A stretch of DNA of 64,000 nucleotides from assembly GCA_023251725.1 (NCBI GenBank), contig JAHEYG010000004.1, forward strand, positions 7,066 through 71,065, in the 5' to 3' direction. The notes beneath the pieces were generated by a model. That model worked only from the letters and a program-made list of their open reading frames with translations. It ran no database searches and was not told the origin of the DNA. The position numbers were made by a program, and so were the translations under genes. This document shows positions 1 to 10,409 of the stretch, in pieces (the stretch's first letter is position 1; every line of letters starts with the position of its first letter). The stretch is from Sphingobacteriaceae bacterium (GTDB taxonomy: Bacteria > Bacteroidota > Bacteroidia > B-17B0 > Aurantibacillaceae).

Positions 1-14
1 TTCAAAAATCAATT

Positions 15-3000
15 ATGAAAAAACTTTTATCCCCGATATTATCAGTAATTATTTTGCTGCTAATTTCAATCCTAGGTTTCTCACAAAGAATTACTGTAGG
101 TTCTAATCATTCAGATTCAATGTCAGGCTTCAACTATTTAGGAGCCATGAATCATACTAAGGAAATGAAAACCGACATAGAAAAATTTAATTTTTTAAAT
201 CACGCTAAACGTACTTTCAAAATTCAAAAATATGATTTATATCCTCAAGCCAGTGGAGGAAATGCCGCAAATACCAATGCAAAACCCGGCGACGGAAATT
301 CAATTTTACAAGGTCCTCAGCCTGCTGGATGTTCCAATATTGATTTTGAATCTCAAAACACAACAGGATGGACGGTTACAGGAGATAACACAATTGTAAC
401 GGGTGGTGTTGATCCGTATGGTGGATTTCCAAGAGTATTTCCTGGTGGAACCGCTTCTTTAAAATTAAATGATGATAATATTTCAGGAACAAAAACCACC
501 TATAGCGCACAAGCCACGCGAGTGATTCCCGTGACCGCTGTTAATTCACAATTTCAACTTCACTTTGCTTTCGATATTTTAAATTTTCCTCACCCTTCAA
601 GTGCCGCTGCAATTTTTTATGTTTCCTTTTTTAATGCCGCAAATACATTATTGACTTGCCCGAGTTATTCTTGTTATTATGCAAATCCTCCGGGACAATT
701 TTTCGGAATGCCTCTTGGAGTTCCTCAAACTTCTTCCGTAACCGGACAAAATATCGGATTCCAGGTTTATCCTGTAACGTATGTTCCATGGCAAACAGTA
801 TCAATGGATTTAACGCCATACATTGGCCAAAACATTACCGTTAAAATTGGTTGTAATTGGTGTTTGTATAATTACGATTGGGGGTATTGTTATATCGACG
901 CCGATTGTTTTTCTACTATGCCTACCAATACAACTTGCCCAGGCCCGCTCTGTGGACCGGCAGGAATGTTAAGTTATACGTGGACGCCACCGGTCGGGCC
1001 GGTGGTTACTACCAGTTGTATTACTGCCTTAACCCCCGGAACCTATACTTGTGCCTATACTCCATTTACTACTTGTGGAGCTGCTGTACTTACTGCTACT
1101 TATTTGGTAACTCCGCCACCAACTGCAGGATTTACTACAGCAAATACGTGCGCATCTTATACTTTTAATAATACAGGTACTGGTGCGCCTGCTATACAAA
1201 CATATTCCTTTGCAGGAGCTGGAGCACCGGCTACATTTACTTCGAATGTTGCAGCTAATCCTGTGAACTTTCCAACAGCCGGAACTTTTACGGTATACCA
1301 AACTATTACATTGGGAGCGTGCGTCGCAACGGCATCTATGGTCGTCAATCCGCCGGTTGCTCCTAACCCCGCCTTTAATGCTGTGCCGAGTTGGACACAA
1401 TGTTTTACAGGAAATGCATTTACATTTAATGCTGTTATTGCCGGTGGCGTACAAACTTATTCTTTTAGTCCTCTTGCAGGAGCACCTGCACCTGGGGCGA
1501 CTGCTAATTATGGTCCGGTCAGTTTTACCGCACCTGGCACTTATACAGTAACGCATACTATTAATACAGGAGGTTGTACAAATATTACTACTTCTTTAGT
1601 TGTTGTTAATCCACAACCAACTGTTGCCGTAAATAATAATGGACCAATTTGTACCGGATCAAATTTACTTCTTACAGGATTAGGTGGAGGAACTTATTCG
1701 TGGGCCGGACCTTTAGGATTTACTTCTGCATTACAAAATCCAACTATTACCGCAGCTACACCTGCAAACGCCGGGGTATATACGGTGACCGTTACCTTGC
1801 TCGGTTGTAAAACCACCGGAACAACAAATGTTTCTATAACTACTCCAACAGCTTCAGCAAGTAACACAGGGCCTTATTGCGCTGGTACAACCATTCAATT
1901 AAATACTCCGGCAGGTACAACTTATACCTGGACCGGACCTGCAGCTTTTGCTTCTAATTTGCAAAATCCGACCCGACCGGCTTCTACTATAGCAATGGTC
2001 GGTACATACACTGTTTTTGTTACTACCGGTGCATGTACTTCATCAGCTACAACAAATGTAGTAGTTAACGCCCTCCCAACACCGACAGCTACAAGTAACA
2101 GTCCGGTTTGCGCAGGAACACCAATTAATTTTACAGGAACAGGTGCAACTACTTATACATGGACGGGGCCCGGTGCATATAATTCTCCTACACAAAATCC
2201 AATTATTGCCGCGGCTACAGCAGCCAATGCCGGAACTTACACCCTCACTGTTACAAATGCAGCTGGATGTACAAATTTCACAACTACGAATGTTGTTGTA
2301 AATCCATTACCTGTTCCTATTGCAAATAATAACGGACCATTATGTGTTGGAAATAATTTGAATCTTACAGCAGGCGGCGGCGGAACATACGCCTGGACCG
2401 GTCCGGCTGCGTTTGCTTCAGCATTGCAAAATCCGGTTATTCCTGCAGCCGTACTTGCTAATGGAGGAGTGTACACTTTATTGGTGACATTAAATACCTG
2501 TACAGCTTCTATTACTACTAATGTTACAATTTCAACAGCCACTACTTCTGCAAGTAATCCCGGTCCGTTTTGTGCGGGTACAACTTTGCAACTTAATACT
2601 TCACCCGCTACCACTTATACATGGACTGGTCCGGGAGGATTTAATTCTAATATTCAAAATGCAACGCAGCCAAATTGTACCACACTTATGTCGGGCACAT
2701 ACACTGTTATGATTTCCATTGGAACTTGTACTGCTTTCGCTACTACTAATGTTGTGGTTAATGCACTTCCAGTTCCAATTGCGAATAGTAACAGCCCTGT
2801 TTGTGTAAATACACCTATTAATTTTACGGGTTCCGGCGGAACAACTTATTCATGGGCGGGTCCCGGTTTTATTTCGGCTTTACAAAATCCCGGAATTGCT
2901 TCTGCAGTTGCTGCTAACTCCGGAACTTATACTTTAACTGTAACGGATGTAAATAATTGTACAAATACTATCACAACCAATGTGGTTGTAAATCCATTGC

Positions 3001-4928
3001 CGGTTATTGTTGTAAATAATCCAACAGTATGTTTAAATCAAACAATAAATATCACCGCGAATGGTGGAACAGGTTATGCCTGGACTGGCCCGGGTGGATT
3101 TGCTTCGGGAGTTCAGAATCCGGTTTTACCAAATGCTACCTTAGGAATGAGTGGTGTTTATAATGTAATTGTAACCAGCGCCGCCGGATGTACAAGTTCT
3201 GCTGTTTCAAATGTAAATGTGTTCCCATTACCAAATCCTTCTATCACCAGCAACACACCTTGCGTAGGAAATACTTTGAATCTTACAGGTGGTGGTGGTG
3301 CCGTGTTTGCATGGACCGGCCCAAATAATTTTAACAGCAATGCACAAAATCCAAATATAAATTTAGTAACTTTGCCTGCTGCCGGTGTTTACACACTGTT
3401 AGTTACTTCCGGAAGCTGTACTGCAAATATTACCAGTGTTATTTCAATTAATCCTTTGCCTACTCCATTAATTGTGAGCAACAGTCCGGTGTGTATTGGA
3501 ATGCCAATTAATTTTACCGGAAGCGGTGGAACTTCTTATTCATGGAACGGCCCAGCAGGTTTTTCTGATCCTACACAAAATCCAAACATTGCTAATTCTA
3601 TTTTAGCAAATGCCGGTTTCTATACATTAACAGTTACCGACGCTAATGGTTGTATAAATTCTATTTCCGCAGGCGTGCAAGTTAATCCGCAACCCATTGT
3701 TACTGCAAGCGGCACTACTGTTTGTCAAAATGCAAATGCAAATTTAAGTGCGAATGGCGGCGTTACTTATAGCTGGAACGGTCCGGCTGGATTTACATCC
3801 GGTTTACAAAATCCTACAATTGTTGGCGCTACAATGGTTAATGCAGGGCAATACACTGTTTTAGTTACCGATGCTAATACTTGTACTAATACGGCTATTA
3901 CAAGTATTGGAATTAATCCGGCACCAACTCCCAGCATAATTACAAATAGCCCTATTTGTATAAACGACATTATGAATTTAGCAGCAAGTGGCGGAGTTAC
4001 TTATGTTTGGAGCGGACCGGGTGGATTTACTTCTACTTCTCCTAATCCAACTATTTCAGCAACTTCTGTTAACGTTGGCGGAAACTATATTGTTACTGCC
4101 ACCGATGCTAACGGTTGTGTTGCAAGTACAAATTTAAATACGGTAGTTAATCCAAATCCTCCGTTAAATATTGTTTCGAGTCCTAATAGAGGTTGCGCAC
4201 CATTATGTGTTACTTTTACCTGTGTAAGTTCTGCTTCAATTGCAACTTGTAATTGGACATTAGGTGACGGAAACAATCCTTCGGGACCATTAGATGCGAC
4301 AACCTGTTATAACACAACAGGTATTTATAGTATTACAGCCTCTGTAACCGACATAACAGGTTGTAAAAATTCTACAACGTATACAGCCGAAATTTATCCT
4401 AAACCAATTGCTGATTTTAATTACCACCCTTATCATCCAATAGTAAATGATGGTATTACTTTTACCGATGCTTCTTTTAACGCCACTATCGCAGGATGGA
4501 ATTGGTATTTTATGAGTACCGCTCAGTATCAATCGGTTTATCAAAATCCCAATTTTATTTATACTGAAGCGGGTGTGTATCCTATTACACTTATCGTAAA
4601 AAGCGATCACGGCTGTTTGGATACTGTTATAAAAACAATTATTGTTGGTGAAGATTTTGGAATTTATGTTCCTAATACATTTACTCCAAATGGCGATGGT
4701 TTAAACGATGTGTTTCAACCGAAAGGTTATGGTATTGTAAAATATGCCTTGCGGATTTTTGACCGATGGGGCGAACAATTATATTATACCGAAGATTTTT
4801 TCCAGGCATGGGACGGTGTTTACCATGGCGTATTATCGCAGGAAGATATTTATATTTGGAAAATTAACGTTGTGGATGTGTTTAGTAAAGCACACGAATA
4901 CACCGGCCACGTAACTCTAATAAAATAA
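15..4928 (+). CDS. Giant cell-surface adhesin-like protein: signal peptide, ~11 tandem Ig-like Cys-containing modules, two PKD-like domains, C-terminal gliding-motility-associated (T9SS type B) sorting domain
   Basis: 1637-aa ORF. N-terminal signal MKKLLSPILSVIILLLISILGFSQ. Repeated ~73-aa modules (GPxCxG..L.L.a.GG.tY.WtGP.gF.S..QNP.I......aGvYT..VT...GC). PKD-like segments (CNWTLGDGN..GIYSITASVTD; WNWYF..GVYPITLIVKSDHGC). C-terminal YVPNTFTPNGDGLNDVF motif typical of CHU_C / gliding motility C-terminal domains. Confidence 0.85.
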   Translation: MKKLLSPILSVIILLLISILGFSQRITVGSNHSDSMSGFNYLGAMNHTKEMKTDIEKFNFLNHAKRTFKIQKYDLYPQASGGNAANTNAKPGDGNSILQGPQPAGCSNIDFESQNTTGWTVTGDNTIVTGGVDPYGGFPRVFPGGTASLKLNDDNISGTKTTYSAQATRVIPVTAVNSQFQLHFAFDILNFPHPSSAAAIFYVSFFNAANTLLTCPSYSCYYANPPGQFFGMPLGVPQTSSVTGQNIGFQVYPVTYVPWQTVSMDLTPYIGQNITVKIGCNWCLYNYDWGYCYIDADCFSTMPTNTTCPGPLCGPAGMLSYTWTPPVGPVVTTSCITALTPGTYTCAYTPFTTCGAAVLTATYLVTPPPTAGFTTANTCASYTFNNTGTGAPAIQTYSFAGAGAPATFTSNVAANPVNFPTAGTFTVYQTITLGACVATASMVVNPPVAPNPAFNAVPSWTQCFTGNAFTFNAVIAGGVQTYSFSPLAGAPAPGATANYGPVSFTAPGTYTVTHTINTGGCTNITTSLVVVNPQPTVAVNNNGPICTGSNLLLTGLGGGTYSWAGPLGFTSALQNPTITAATPANAGVYTVTVTLLGCKTTGTTNVSITTPTASASNTGPYCAGTTIQLNTPAGTTYTWTGPAAFASNLQNPTRPASTIAMVGTYTVFVTTGACTSSATTNVVVNALPTPTATSNSPVCAGTPINFTGTGATTYTWTGPGAYNSPTQNPIIAAATAANAGTYTLTVTNAAGCTNFTTTNVVVNPLPVPIANNNGPLCVGNNLNLTAGGGGTYAWTGPAAFASALQNPVIPAAVLANGGVYTLLVTLNTCTASITTNVTISTATTSASNPGPFCAGTTLQLNTSPATTYTWTGPGGFNSNIQNATQPNCTTLMSGTYTVMISIGTCTAFATTNVVVNALPVPIANSNSPVCVNTPINFTGSGGTTYSWAGPGFISALQNPGIASAVAANSGTYTLTVTDVNNCTNTITTNVVVNPLPVIVVNNPTVCLNQTINITANGGTGYAWTGPGGFASGVQNPVLPNATLGMSGVYNVIVTSAAGCTSSAVSNVNVFPLPNPSITSNTPCVGNTLNLTGGGGAVFAWTGPNNFNSNAQNPNINLVTLPAAGVYTLLVTSGSCTANITSVISINPLPTPLIVSNSPVCIGMPINFTGSGGTSYSWNGPAGFSDPTQNPNIANSILANAGFYTLTVTDANGCINSISAGVQVNPQPIVTASGTTVCQNANANLSANGGVTYSWNGPAGFTSGLQNPTIVGATMVNAGQYTVLVTDANTCTNTAITSIGINPAPTPSIITNSPICINDIMNLAASGGVTYVWSGPGGFTSTSPNPTISATSVNVGGNYIVTATDANGCVASTNLNTVVNPNPPLNIVSSPNRGCAPLCVTFTCVSSASIATCNWTLGDGNNPSGPLDATTCYNTTGIYSITASVTDITGCKNSTTYTAEIYPKPIADFNYHPYHPIVNDGITFTDASFNATIAGWNWYFMSTAQYQSVYQNPNFIYTEAGVYPITLIVKSDHGCLDTVIKTIIVGEDFGIYVPNTFTPNGDGLNDVFQPKGYGIVKYALRIFDRWGEQLYYTEDFFQAWDGVYHGVLSQEDIYIWKINVVDVFSKAHEYTGHVTLIK
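1600..4160 (+). repeat. In-frame tandem array of ~220-nt coding repeats (Ig-like modules) with a higher-order ~660-nt three-module super-repeat
   Basis: Module starts NNNGPIC / SNTGPYC / SNSPVCAGTPINF are followed by NNNGPLC / SNPGPFC / SNSPVCVNTPINF, so a 3-module unit is duplicated. Further diverged modules continue to ~4160. Confidence 0.8.
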
Positions 4929-4957
4929 AATTATCCCCCTTAATGGGTGAGAATACA

Positions 4958-4988
4958 AGAGTCGGTATATTTTACCGGCTCTTTTTTT
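4958..4988 (+). terminator. Rho-independent terminator after the adhesin gene
   Basis: agagtcgg-tatatttta-ccggctct stem (one G-U pair) followed by a T run, ~30 nt after the stop at 4928. Confidence 0.7.
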
Positions 4989-5107
4989 ATCCCTGAATTA
5001 GAGCGGAAATCAAACCCCTTTACCGTTTAACCAAAAGCCACCCGTAAATTTCACTATGTGTCAAAATTGACCTATTTTTATGTCCTAAAGTAATAATCTC
5101 ATAAACT

Positions 5108-5851
5108 ATGAAAATCGTAATGAAAGTATTAGCAATTATTTTAATTAGTATTTTTTCTTTTGGAACGCAAGCGCAAACAATGGATGAAATAATTAAAAAA
5201 CACATTGATGCCATTGGCGGAAAAGACAATTGGGCAAAATTAAAATCCATGAAAATGGTATGTACTATGAAAGCAAATGGTGCCGACATAAAAATTACTA
5301 TTACTCACATAGATAAAAAAGCCATGCGCCAGGATATTGCTGTAATGGGAATGAATGGGTATAGTATTATTACCGAAAAAGAAGGTTGGAGTTATATGCC
5401 TTTTCAGGGACAAACAAAACCTGAACCCATGACGGCCGATGATGTAAAAAATTCGCAGGAAGGATTATTTATTCAGGATGATTTTATTACTTACAAAGAC
5501 CAGGGGAAAAAATTAGAATACATTGGTAAAGATGATGTGGATGGAACAGAATGTTTTAAAATTAAAATGACCGATAAAAACGGACAGGAAACTTCTTACT
5601 TTATTGACCCGAGCAATTATTATACTATTAAACAAACTACCAAATATAAAGCCGACGGAAAAGAGCAGGAAGGCTCGAGCATGTATAGCAATTACAAAAA
5701 ATTACCGGAAGGAATTGTTTATCCAATGACTATTTCGGGGGGATTTGGAACCACCGATGTAGCCACACTTGAAATTAATCCTAAAATTGATGAGAGTGTT
5801 TTTAAACCTACTGTTCCACCGGCAACACAATCGGTAACACCAACAAAATAA
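5108..5851 (+). CDS. Secreted protein, LolA-like / outer-membrane lipoprotein-sorting-protein-like fold (tentative)
   Basis: 247-aa ORF with a signal peptide (LAIILISIFSFGTQAQ). The pattern IIKKHIDAIGGKDNWAKLKSMKM resembles Bacteroidota LolA-like sorting proteins. Family assignment was not verified. Confidence 0.6.
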   Translation: MKIVMKVLAIILISIFSFGTQAQTMDEIIKKHIDAIGGKDNWAKLKSMKMVCTMKANGADIKITITHIDKKAMRQDIAVMGMNGYSIITEKEGWSYMPFQGQTKPEPMTADDVKNSQEGLFIQDDFITYKDQGKKLEYIGKDDVDGTECFKIKMTDKNGQETSYFIDPSNYYTIKQTTKYKADGKEQEGSSMYSNYKKLPEGIVYPMTISGGFGTTDVATLEINPKIDESVFKPTVPPATQSVTPTK

Positions 5852-5892
5852 TTTTTTTGTTTTATTTTTATTTCACCACGTAATTATTTTTT

Positions 5893-8800
5893 ATGCAAAA
5901 AATTGTCGTATCAGCTTTTGTAATTTGTTCATTTAATATTAATTCGCAAACTGCTGTTAGCTCGGGTATGTTTGGGATGATGGAAGCACGTTGTTTAGGT
6001 CCGGGCACCATGAGTGGGCGTATTACTTCTATTGAAGGAGTAAATAAAGATGAAGGCAAAACTATTTTTATCGGCACAGCAGGTGGTGGCGTTTGGAAAT
6101 CAACTAACGCGGGTGCTTCTTACACAAGTAAATTTGATAAATATTGTCAGAGTATTGGTGCACTCGCCATTAATCAGAAAGAACCGGATGTTGTTTACGT
6201 TGCCACCGGCGAAAGCAATATGCGTAACTCTGTTTCTATCGGAAACGGAATGTATAAAACTACCGATAGCGGCGACAACTGGAAAAAAATTGGATTAGAC
6301 AGTGTTGAACATATTTCTAAAATTGTTATTCACCCAGATAAACCCGAAATTATTTATGTAGCGGCGCCGGGGGCTTTGTGGAGCAACAGTAAACATCGCG
6401 GGCTTTATAAATCATCTAACGGTGGAGAAACGTGGGACAAAATATTTTACATTGATGATCAAACCGGTTGTGCCGATTTATTAATGGATCCCAGCAATCC
6501 TGATATTTTATTTATTTCGATGTGGCAATTCCGCAGGCAGCCTTTTAGTTTTAATTCGGGAGGAAAAACCAGCGGACTTTATAAAAGTGTGGATGCAGGA
6601 AAAACCTGGAAAGAAATTAAAAACGGATTGCCTGCAAAACCATTCGGAAGAATTGCAATGACTTTAGCGCCGAGCGATCCCAAACAAATGTTAGCCATTG
6701 TTGAAAGCACCAATACAGGATTATATATTTCGTCGGACGCAGGAGAAACCTGGAAAAATCAAAGCGCTACTTTAAATGTTTGTGCGCGTCCGTTTTATTT
6801 TAGTACAATTGTTATTGATCCGAAAGATCCTAAGAGAGTTTATCGTCCGGCTTTTAATTTTGCATATAGCAGCGATGGCGGTTATTCTTTTACCGAGGCG
6901 AGTTACGATGGCGGATGGGTGCATAGCGATATGCATGCGCTCTGGATAAATCCTGTTCATACAAATATAATGTACGTGGGAACCGATGGCGGAATTTATG
7001 TGAGTATTGATAGAGGAATTACCTGGCAATTTAATCACGGTTTACCCGTGGGACAATTTTATCATGTAGCTTACGATTTAAAAGATCCTTACAATGTTTA
7101 TGGAGGTTTGCAGGATAACGGAAGTTGGACAGCACCGAGCGCAGCCCCGGGCGGAATTGGAAACGGAAGCTGGAACAGAGTTGGTGGTGGCGATGGATTT
7201 TGGACAGTGCCTGATGTGGATGGAAAAACAGTTTATGCTGAATATCAGGGTGGAAATATGGATAGAACAACATTAGCAACAATGAAATCGGAATATATTC
7301 AGCCGCAAAAAACGGCGAAGGAAGAAAAATTAAGATGGAATTGGAATACACCGATTGTTACGGGCGCGAAAAATCCGAAAAATTTATATGTGGGTTCGCA
7401 ATATTTATATAAGTCGAACGACCAAGGGAGAACGTGGAAAAGAATATCGGCTGACTTAAGTACCAATGATAAGAAAAAACAAAATCAGGAAGAGAGCGGT
7501 GGATTGAGTGCTGATAATACTTCGGCCGAAAATCATTGTACTATTTTTACTTTGGCCGAATCCCCTTTTGATGAAAATATTATTTGGGCAGGAACGGATG
7601 ACGGAAATTTACAAGTAACAACTAACGGTGGAGAAACATGGACAAACGTATCGACTAACGTTGCTAAATGTGGCGTTGCCAATCAGGCTTGGGTGAGCAG
7701 TATTGAACCTTCTCATTTTGATAAGAATACAGTGTATGCTACTTTCGAAAATCACATGTATGGCGATTTTAAAACTTATTTAGGAAAAAGTACCGACTTG
7801 GGAAAAACCTGGAAACGTATTAACAGTACAGAGTTTTGCAGCTTTGCTCATAAAATAAAAGAAGACCTTGAAAATAAAAATTTATTGTTTTTAGGAACAG
7901 AAATGGGATTGTTTGCAACGGTGGATGGCGGCGACAACTGGTTTCGCATGAAAAATAAAATTCCGGAATATGCTTTAGTGCGCGATATTCAGATTCATCC
8001 GAAGACACCCGATTTAATTATTGCAACACATGGAAGAGGAATTTTTATTTTGGATGACATTCGCCCGATGCGCAGTTTAACCAAAGAGGTTTGGGAACAG
8101 GATGTATATTTATTTCAAACGCCGGATATTACATTGGGTAACGGAAGATTTGGCTGGGGCGGAACAGATGTTTCGGGGGGATGGGGCGAAGGAAATCCTT
8201 CTTCAATTCCATCCATTAATTATTATTTAAAATCGCGCATTAGCACCGGGAAGATTACTGTAGATATTTATGATGATAAAGATAAATTACTGCAATCGAT
8301 ACCCGGAAGTGTACGTAAAGGAATTAATATGGTAGATTGGAATTTGCGTGGTACACCGCCGGTGGTTGCCGAGGGAAGTACCAAATTTGATGGCGCCGGA
8401 TTTACCGCCCCAATGATTTTGCCGGGAACATACACCATTAAATTAAAAATAAATGAGAAAGAATATAAAAGCACGGTAAAATGTTTACACGATACGGCTA
8501 ATAAAGATTTGAGTGTTGAGGATAGAAAACAAGTTTACGAAAAAGCCATGCAGCTGCAAACACTTTATAGAAATGTAAATAATACAATTGACAGTATTAG
8601 TTTTTACCAGAAAAGTTTAAAAGCGGATACGATTGCTTTCGCGAAAAATAAAAACGCACAAATTTTTTACAACGATTTGCAAAAAGTAAAAAGCGATTTT
8701 ATGGCCGTAACAAAAACAAGTATTTTTGCCGATGAAGAACGTTTACGCGAAAAAATTTCGAAGCTGTACGGAAGTTTTTGCGGCATGGAAGCCAAACCAA

Positions 8801-8931
8801 ACTCCACCCAATTAGAAGCCATTGGTGTTTTAGAAGGCGATTTCAAAACACAAAAAGAATCGTTCGAAAAAACAATCGTAAAAAATCTTCCAAAGAATCC
8901 GGAGTTGAAGAACCCGAAGGTGTTTAAGTAG
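5893..8931 (+). CDS. Sortilin/VPS10-type BNR (Asp-box) repeat protein, glycosyl-hydrolase-like
   Basis: 1012-aa ORF with multiple Asp-box motifs S-x-D-x-G-x-T-W (TTDSGDNWKK, SSNGGETWDK, SVDAGKTWKE, SSDAGETWKN, SNDQGRTWKR, TTNGGETWTN, STDLGKTWKR). Confidence 0.85.
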   Translation: MQKIVVSAFVICSFNINSQTAVSSGMFGMMEARCLGPGTMSGRITSIEGVNKDEGKTIFIGTAGGGVWKSTNAGASYTSKFDKYCQSIGALAINQKEPDVVYVATGESNMRNSVSIGNGMYKTTDSGDNWKKIGLDSVEHISKIVIHPDKPEIIYVAAPGALWSNSKHRGLYKSSNGGETWDKIFYIDDQTGCADLLMDPSNPDILFISMWQFRRQPFSFNSGGKTSGLYKSVDAGKTWKEIKNGLPAKPFGRIAMTLAPSDPKQMLAIVESTNTGLYISSDAGETWKNQSATLNVCARPFYFSTIVIDPKDPKRVYRPAFNFAYSSDGGYSFTEASYDGGWVHSDMHALWINPVHTNIMYVGTDGGIYVSIDRGITWQFNHGLPVGQFYHVAYDLKDPYNVYGGLQDNGSWTAPSAAPGGIGNGSWNRVGGGDGFWTVPDVDGKTVYAEYQGGNMDRTTLATMKSEYIQPQKTAKEEKLRWNWNTPIVTGAKNPKNLYVGSQYLYKSNDQGRTWKRISADLSTNDKKKQNQEESGGLSADNTSAENHCTIFTLAESPFDENIIWAGTDDGNLQVTTNGGETWTNVSTNVAKCGVANQAWVSSIEPSHFDKNTVYATFENHMYGDFKTYLGKSTDLGKTWKRINSTEFCSFAHKIKEDLENKNLLFLGTEMGLFATVDGGDNWFRMKNKIPEYALVRDIQIHPKTPDLIIATHGRGIFILDDIRPMRSLTKEVWEQDVYLFQTPDITLGNGRFGWGGTDVSGGWGEGNPSSIPSINYYLKSRISTGKITVDIYDDKDKLLQSIPGSVRKGINMVDWNLRGTPPVVAEGSTKFDGAGFTAPMILPGTYTIKLKINEKEYKSTVKCLHDTANKDLSVEDRKQVYEKAMQLQTLYRNVNNTIDSISFYQKSLKADTIAFAKNKNAQIFYNDLQKVKSDFMAVTKTSIFADEERLREKISKLYGSFCGMEAKPNSTQLEAIGVLEGDFKTQKESFEKTIVKNLPKNPELKNPKVFK

Positions 8932-9018
8932 GTATCTCTCATTATTATTTTTATTGTTAGAACTATACTATTTCTTTTTTAATTAGTAATGTTTAAATTT
9001 AAACAGGCTAATAATTAA

Positions 9019-10269
9019 TTGGAAACCAAAAATAAAATAGAAAACAAAAATCCAGCGATTGGCAGCGAAACGCTTAAGGCTGATGAATTCAATGCCTTAT
9101 CCTTTGAATTGCGTAACAGCCATCCTAAACAAGCCATGCAAAATGCAGAGGAGGCACTTACCCTCTCTAAAAAAATAAATTATAGAAAAGGAGAAGCCGA
9201 CGCCTTTTCCAATATTGGTTTTTTATTTATACACGAAGCTAAGAACGAAGATGCCTTAACATTTTTAATTGATGCCCTATCTATTTACGAAAAACTTAAT
9301 GATGAAAATGGTATTGGTAATGCGCAATATAATTTAGGTGTATTAAATGTAAGAATCGGCAATTTTGACCAAGCAATAAATTTTTTACATAAAAGTTTGG
9401 CCATTAGAGAAAAACAAAATGATAAATCAGGTTTGGCTGCCTGCTATTTTCAGCTCACTTATTTGAACCGACATTTTAACGATGATGAAAGTGCTTTTGA
9501 GAATGCAAACAGAGCAGTAGCGCTTCGAAAAGAAATAAATGACACAGCGGGTTTGGCTGCAGCGTTAATGGTATTGGGAGATGTGTATTTTAAAAGAAAC
9601 GATCTTGCCAGTGCTAAAGAATTGTTCGCGCAAAGTTTAGAGCTGCGAAAAATAAGTAAAGAACGCATTGGCTATTTTGTTTCTCTGGTAAGATGGGCCG
9701 ATCTTCATATCGCTTTAAAGGAATTTGATAAAGCTCGTGAGTTTTGCGAATTCGGAATTAAGAATGCAACTGAAGATGGGATAAAATTTGGGGTGTTAAG
9801 ATTTAAGCAAACGCTTGGAAAAATAGAACTGGCGCAAAACAATTTGCAAAAGGCGTGTAACATTTATAGTGATGCTTTAAAATACGCCGAAGAATATTCT
9901 TTCAAATCTATAGAATACGAATTGCTTGCAGCTATGACCGAAGTGTTAAAAGCTCAAGGCAAACATAAAGAGGCATTAGAGCATTACGAAAAATATCACA
10001 AAATAAAAGAAGAGGTAGTAAGCATGCAAAATAATTCGCAACTAAAAACGGTTACCCTAATTAACCAAATTGAGTTTGCACGTAAAGAAGCCGAACTCGA
10101 AAAAACAAAGAACGCACAATTGCAGGAAGCTTATCAAATCATTGAATTAAAAAACAAAGACATCACCGACAGCATTCGCTATGCAAAACGCATACAAACT
10201 TCATTGCTCCCCACGGAAATTTACATTGAAAGAGTTTTGAAAATGATGGAGGAAAAGGAGTTTGAGTAA
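9019..10269 (+). CDS. TPR-repeat sensor-like protein, apparently 3'-truncated just after the start of a PP2C/SpoIIE phosphatase domain
   Basis: TTG start, so the N-terminus is uncertain. Successive TPR-like units and a coiled coil are present. It ends ...RYAKRIQTSLLPTEIYIERVLKMMEEKEFE*, and YAKRIQ.SLLP is the motif that normally opens the SpoIIE/RsbU-type phosphatase domain, which is missing here. Confidence 0.6.
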   Translation: METKNKIENKNPAIGSETLKADEFNALSFELRNSHPKQAMQNAEEALTLSKKINYRKGEADAFSNIGFLFIHEAKNEDALTFLIDALSIYEKLNDENGIGNAQYNLGVLNVRIGNFDQAINFLHKSLAIREKQNDKSGLAACYFQLTYLNRHFNDDESAFENANRAVALRKEINDTAGLAAALMVLGDVYFKRNDLASAKELFAQSLELRKISKERIGYFVSLVRWADLHIALKEFDKAREFCEFGIKNATEDGIKFGVLRFKQTLGKIELAQNNLQKACNIYSDALKYAEEYSFKSIEYELLAAMTEVLKAQGKHKEALEHYEKYHKIKEEVVSMQNNSQLKTVTLINQIEFARKEAELEKTKNAQLQEAYQIIELKNKDITDSIRYAKRIQTSLLPTEIYIERVLKMMEEKEFE

Positions 10270-10304
10270 GGCAAACAAAAAATAAACAAATTAGTGTTTC
10301 CAAA

Positions 10305-10392
10305 ATTATTTTAAGTTTACCCCATTCTCAAACAAGCTCAAAACATTGCCTCCGTAATGGTCGGGCACTCTTTCGGTTTTACTTAAATTATC
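10305..10392 (-). pseudogene. Remnant (last ~25 codons) of a GNAT acetyltransferase paralogue
   Basis: 10317-10390 aligns with 11441-11516 with a few mismatches. The minus-strand translation DNLSKTERVPDHYGGNVLSLFENGV matches QYLSKTEVVPNHYGGNVLSLFENGV* of the intact GNAT gene. Confidence 0.75.
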
Positions 10393-10409
10393 CCTATCTT
10401 TACTCCACA

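Noticed and set aside
1600-4160. Regularly spaced repeats that could be mistaken for a CRISPR-like array
   Set aside because: The repeats are ~220 nt, imperfect, in frame, and encode protein modules of one continuous ORF. There is no short-repeat/unique-spacer structure.
631-4610. Numerous 60-175-aa ORFs on both strands inside 15-4928 (e.g. 1029-1556 -, 2237-2614 -, 4290-4610 -)
   Set aside because: They lie entirely within the long, motif-rich adhesin ORF. They have low-complexity Cys/Arg/Ser-rich or repeat-shadow translations and are typical antisense or off-frame artefacts of repetitive coding DNA.
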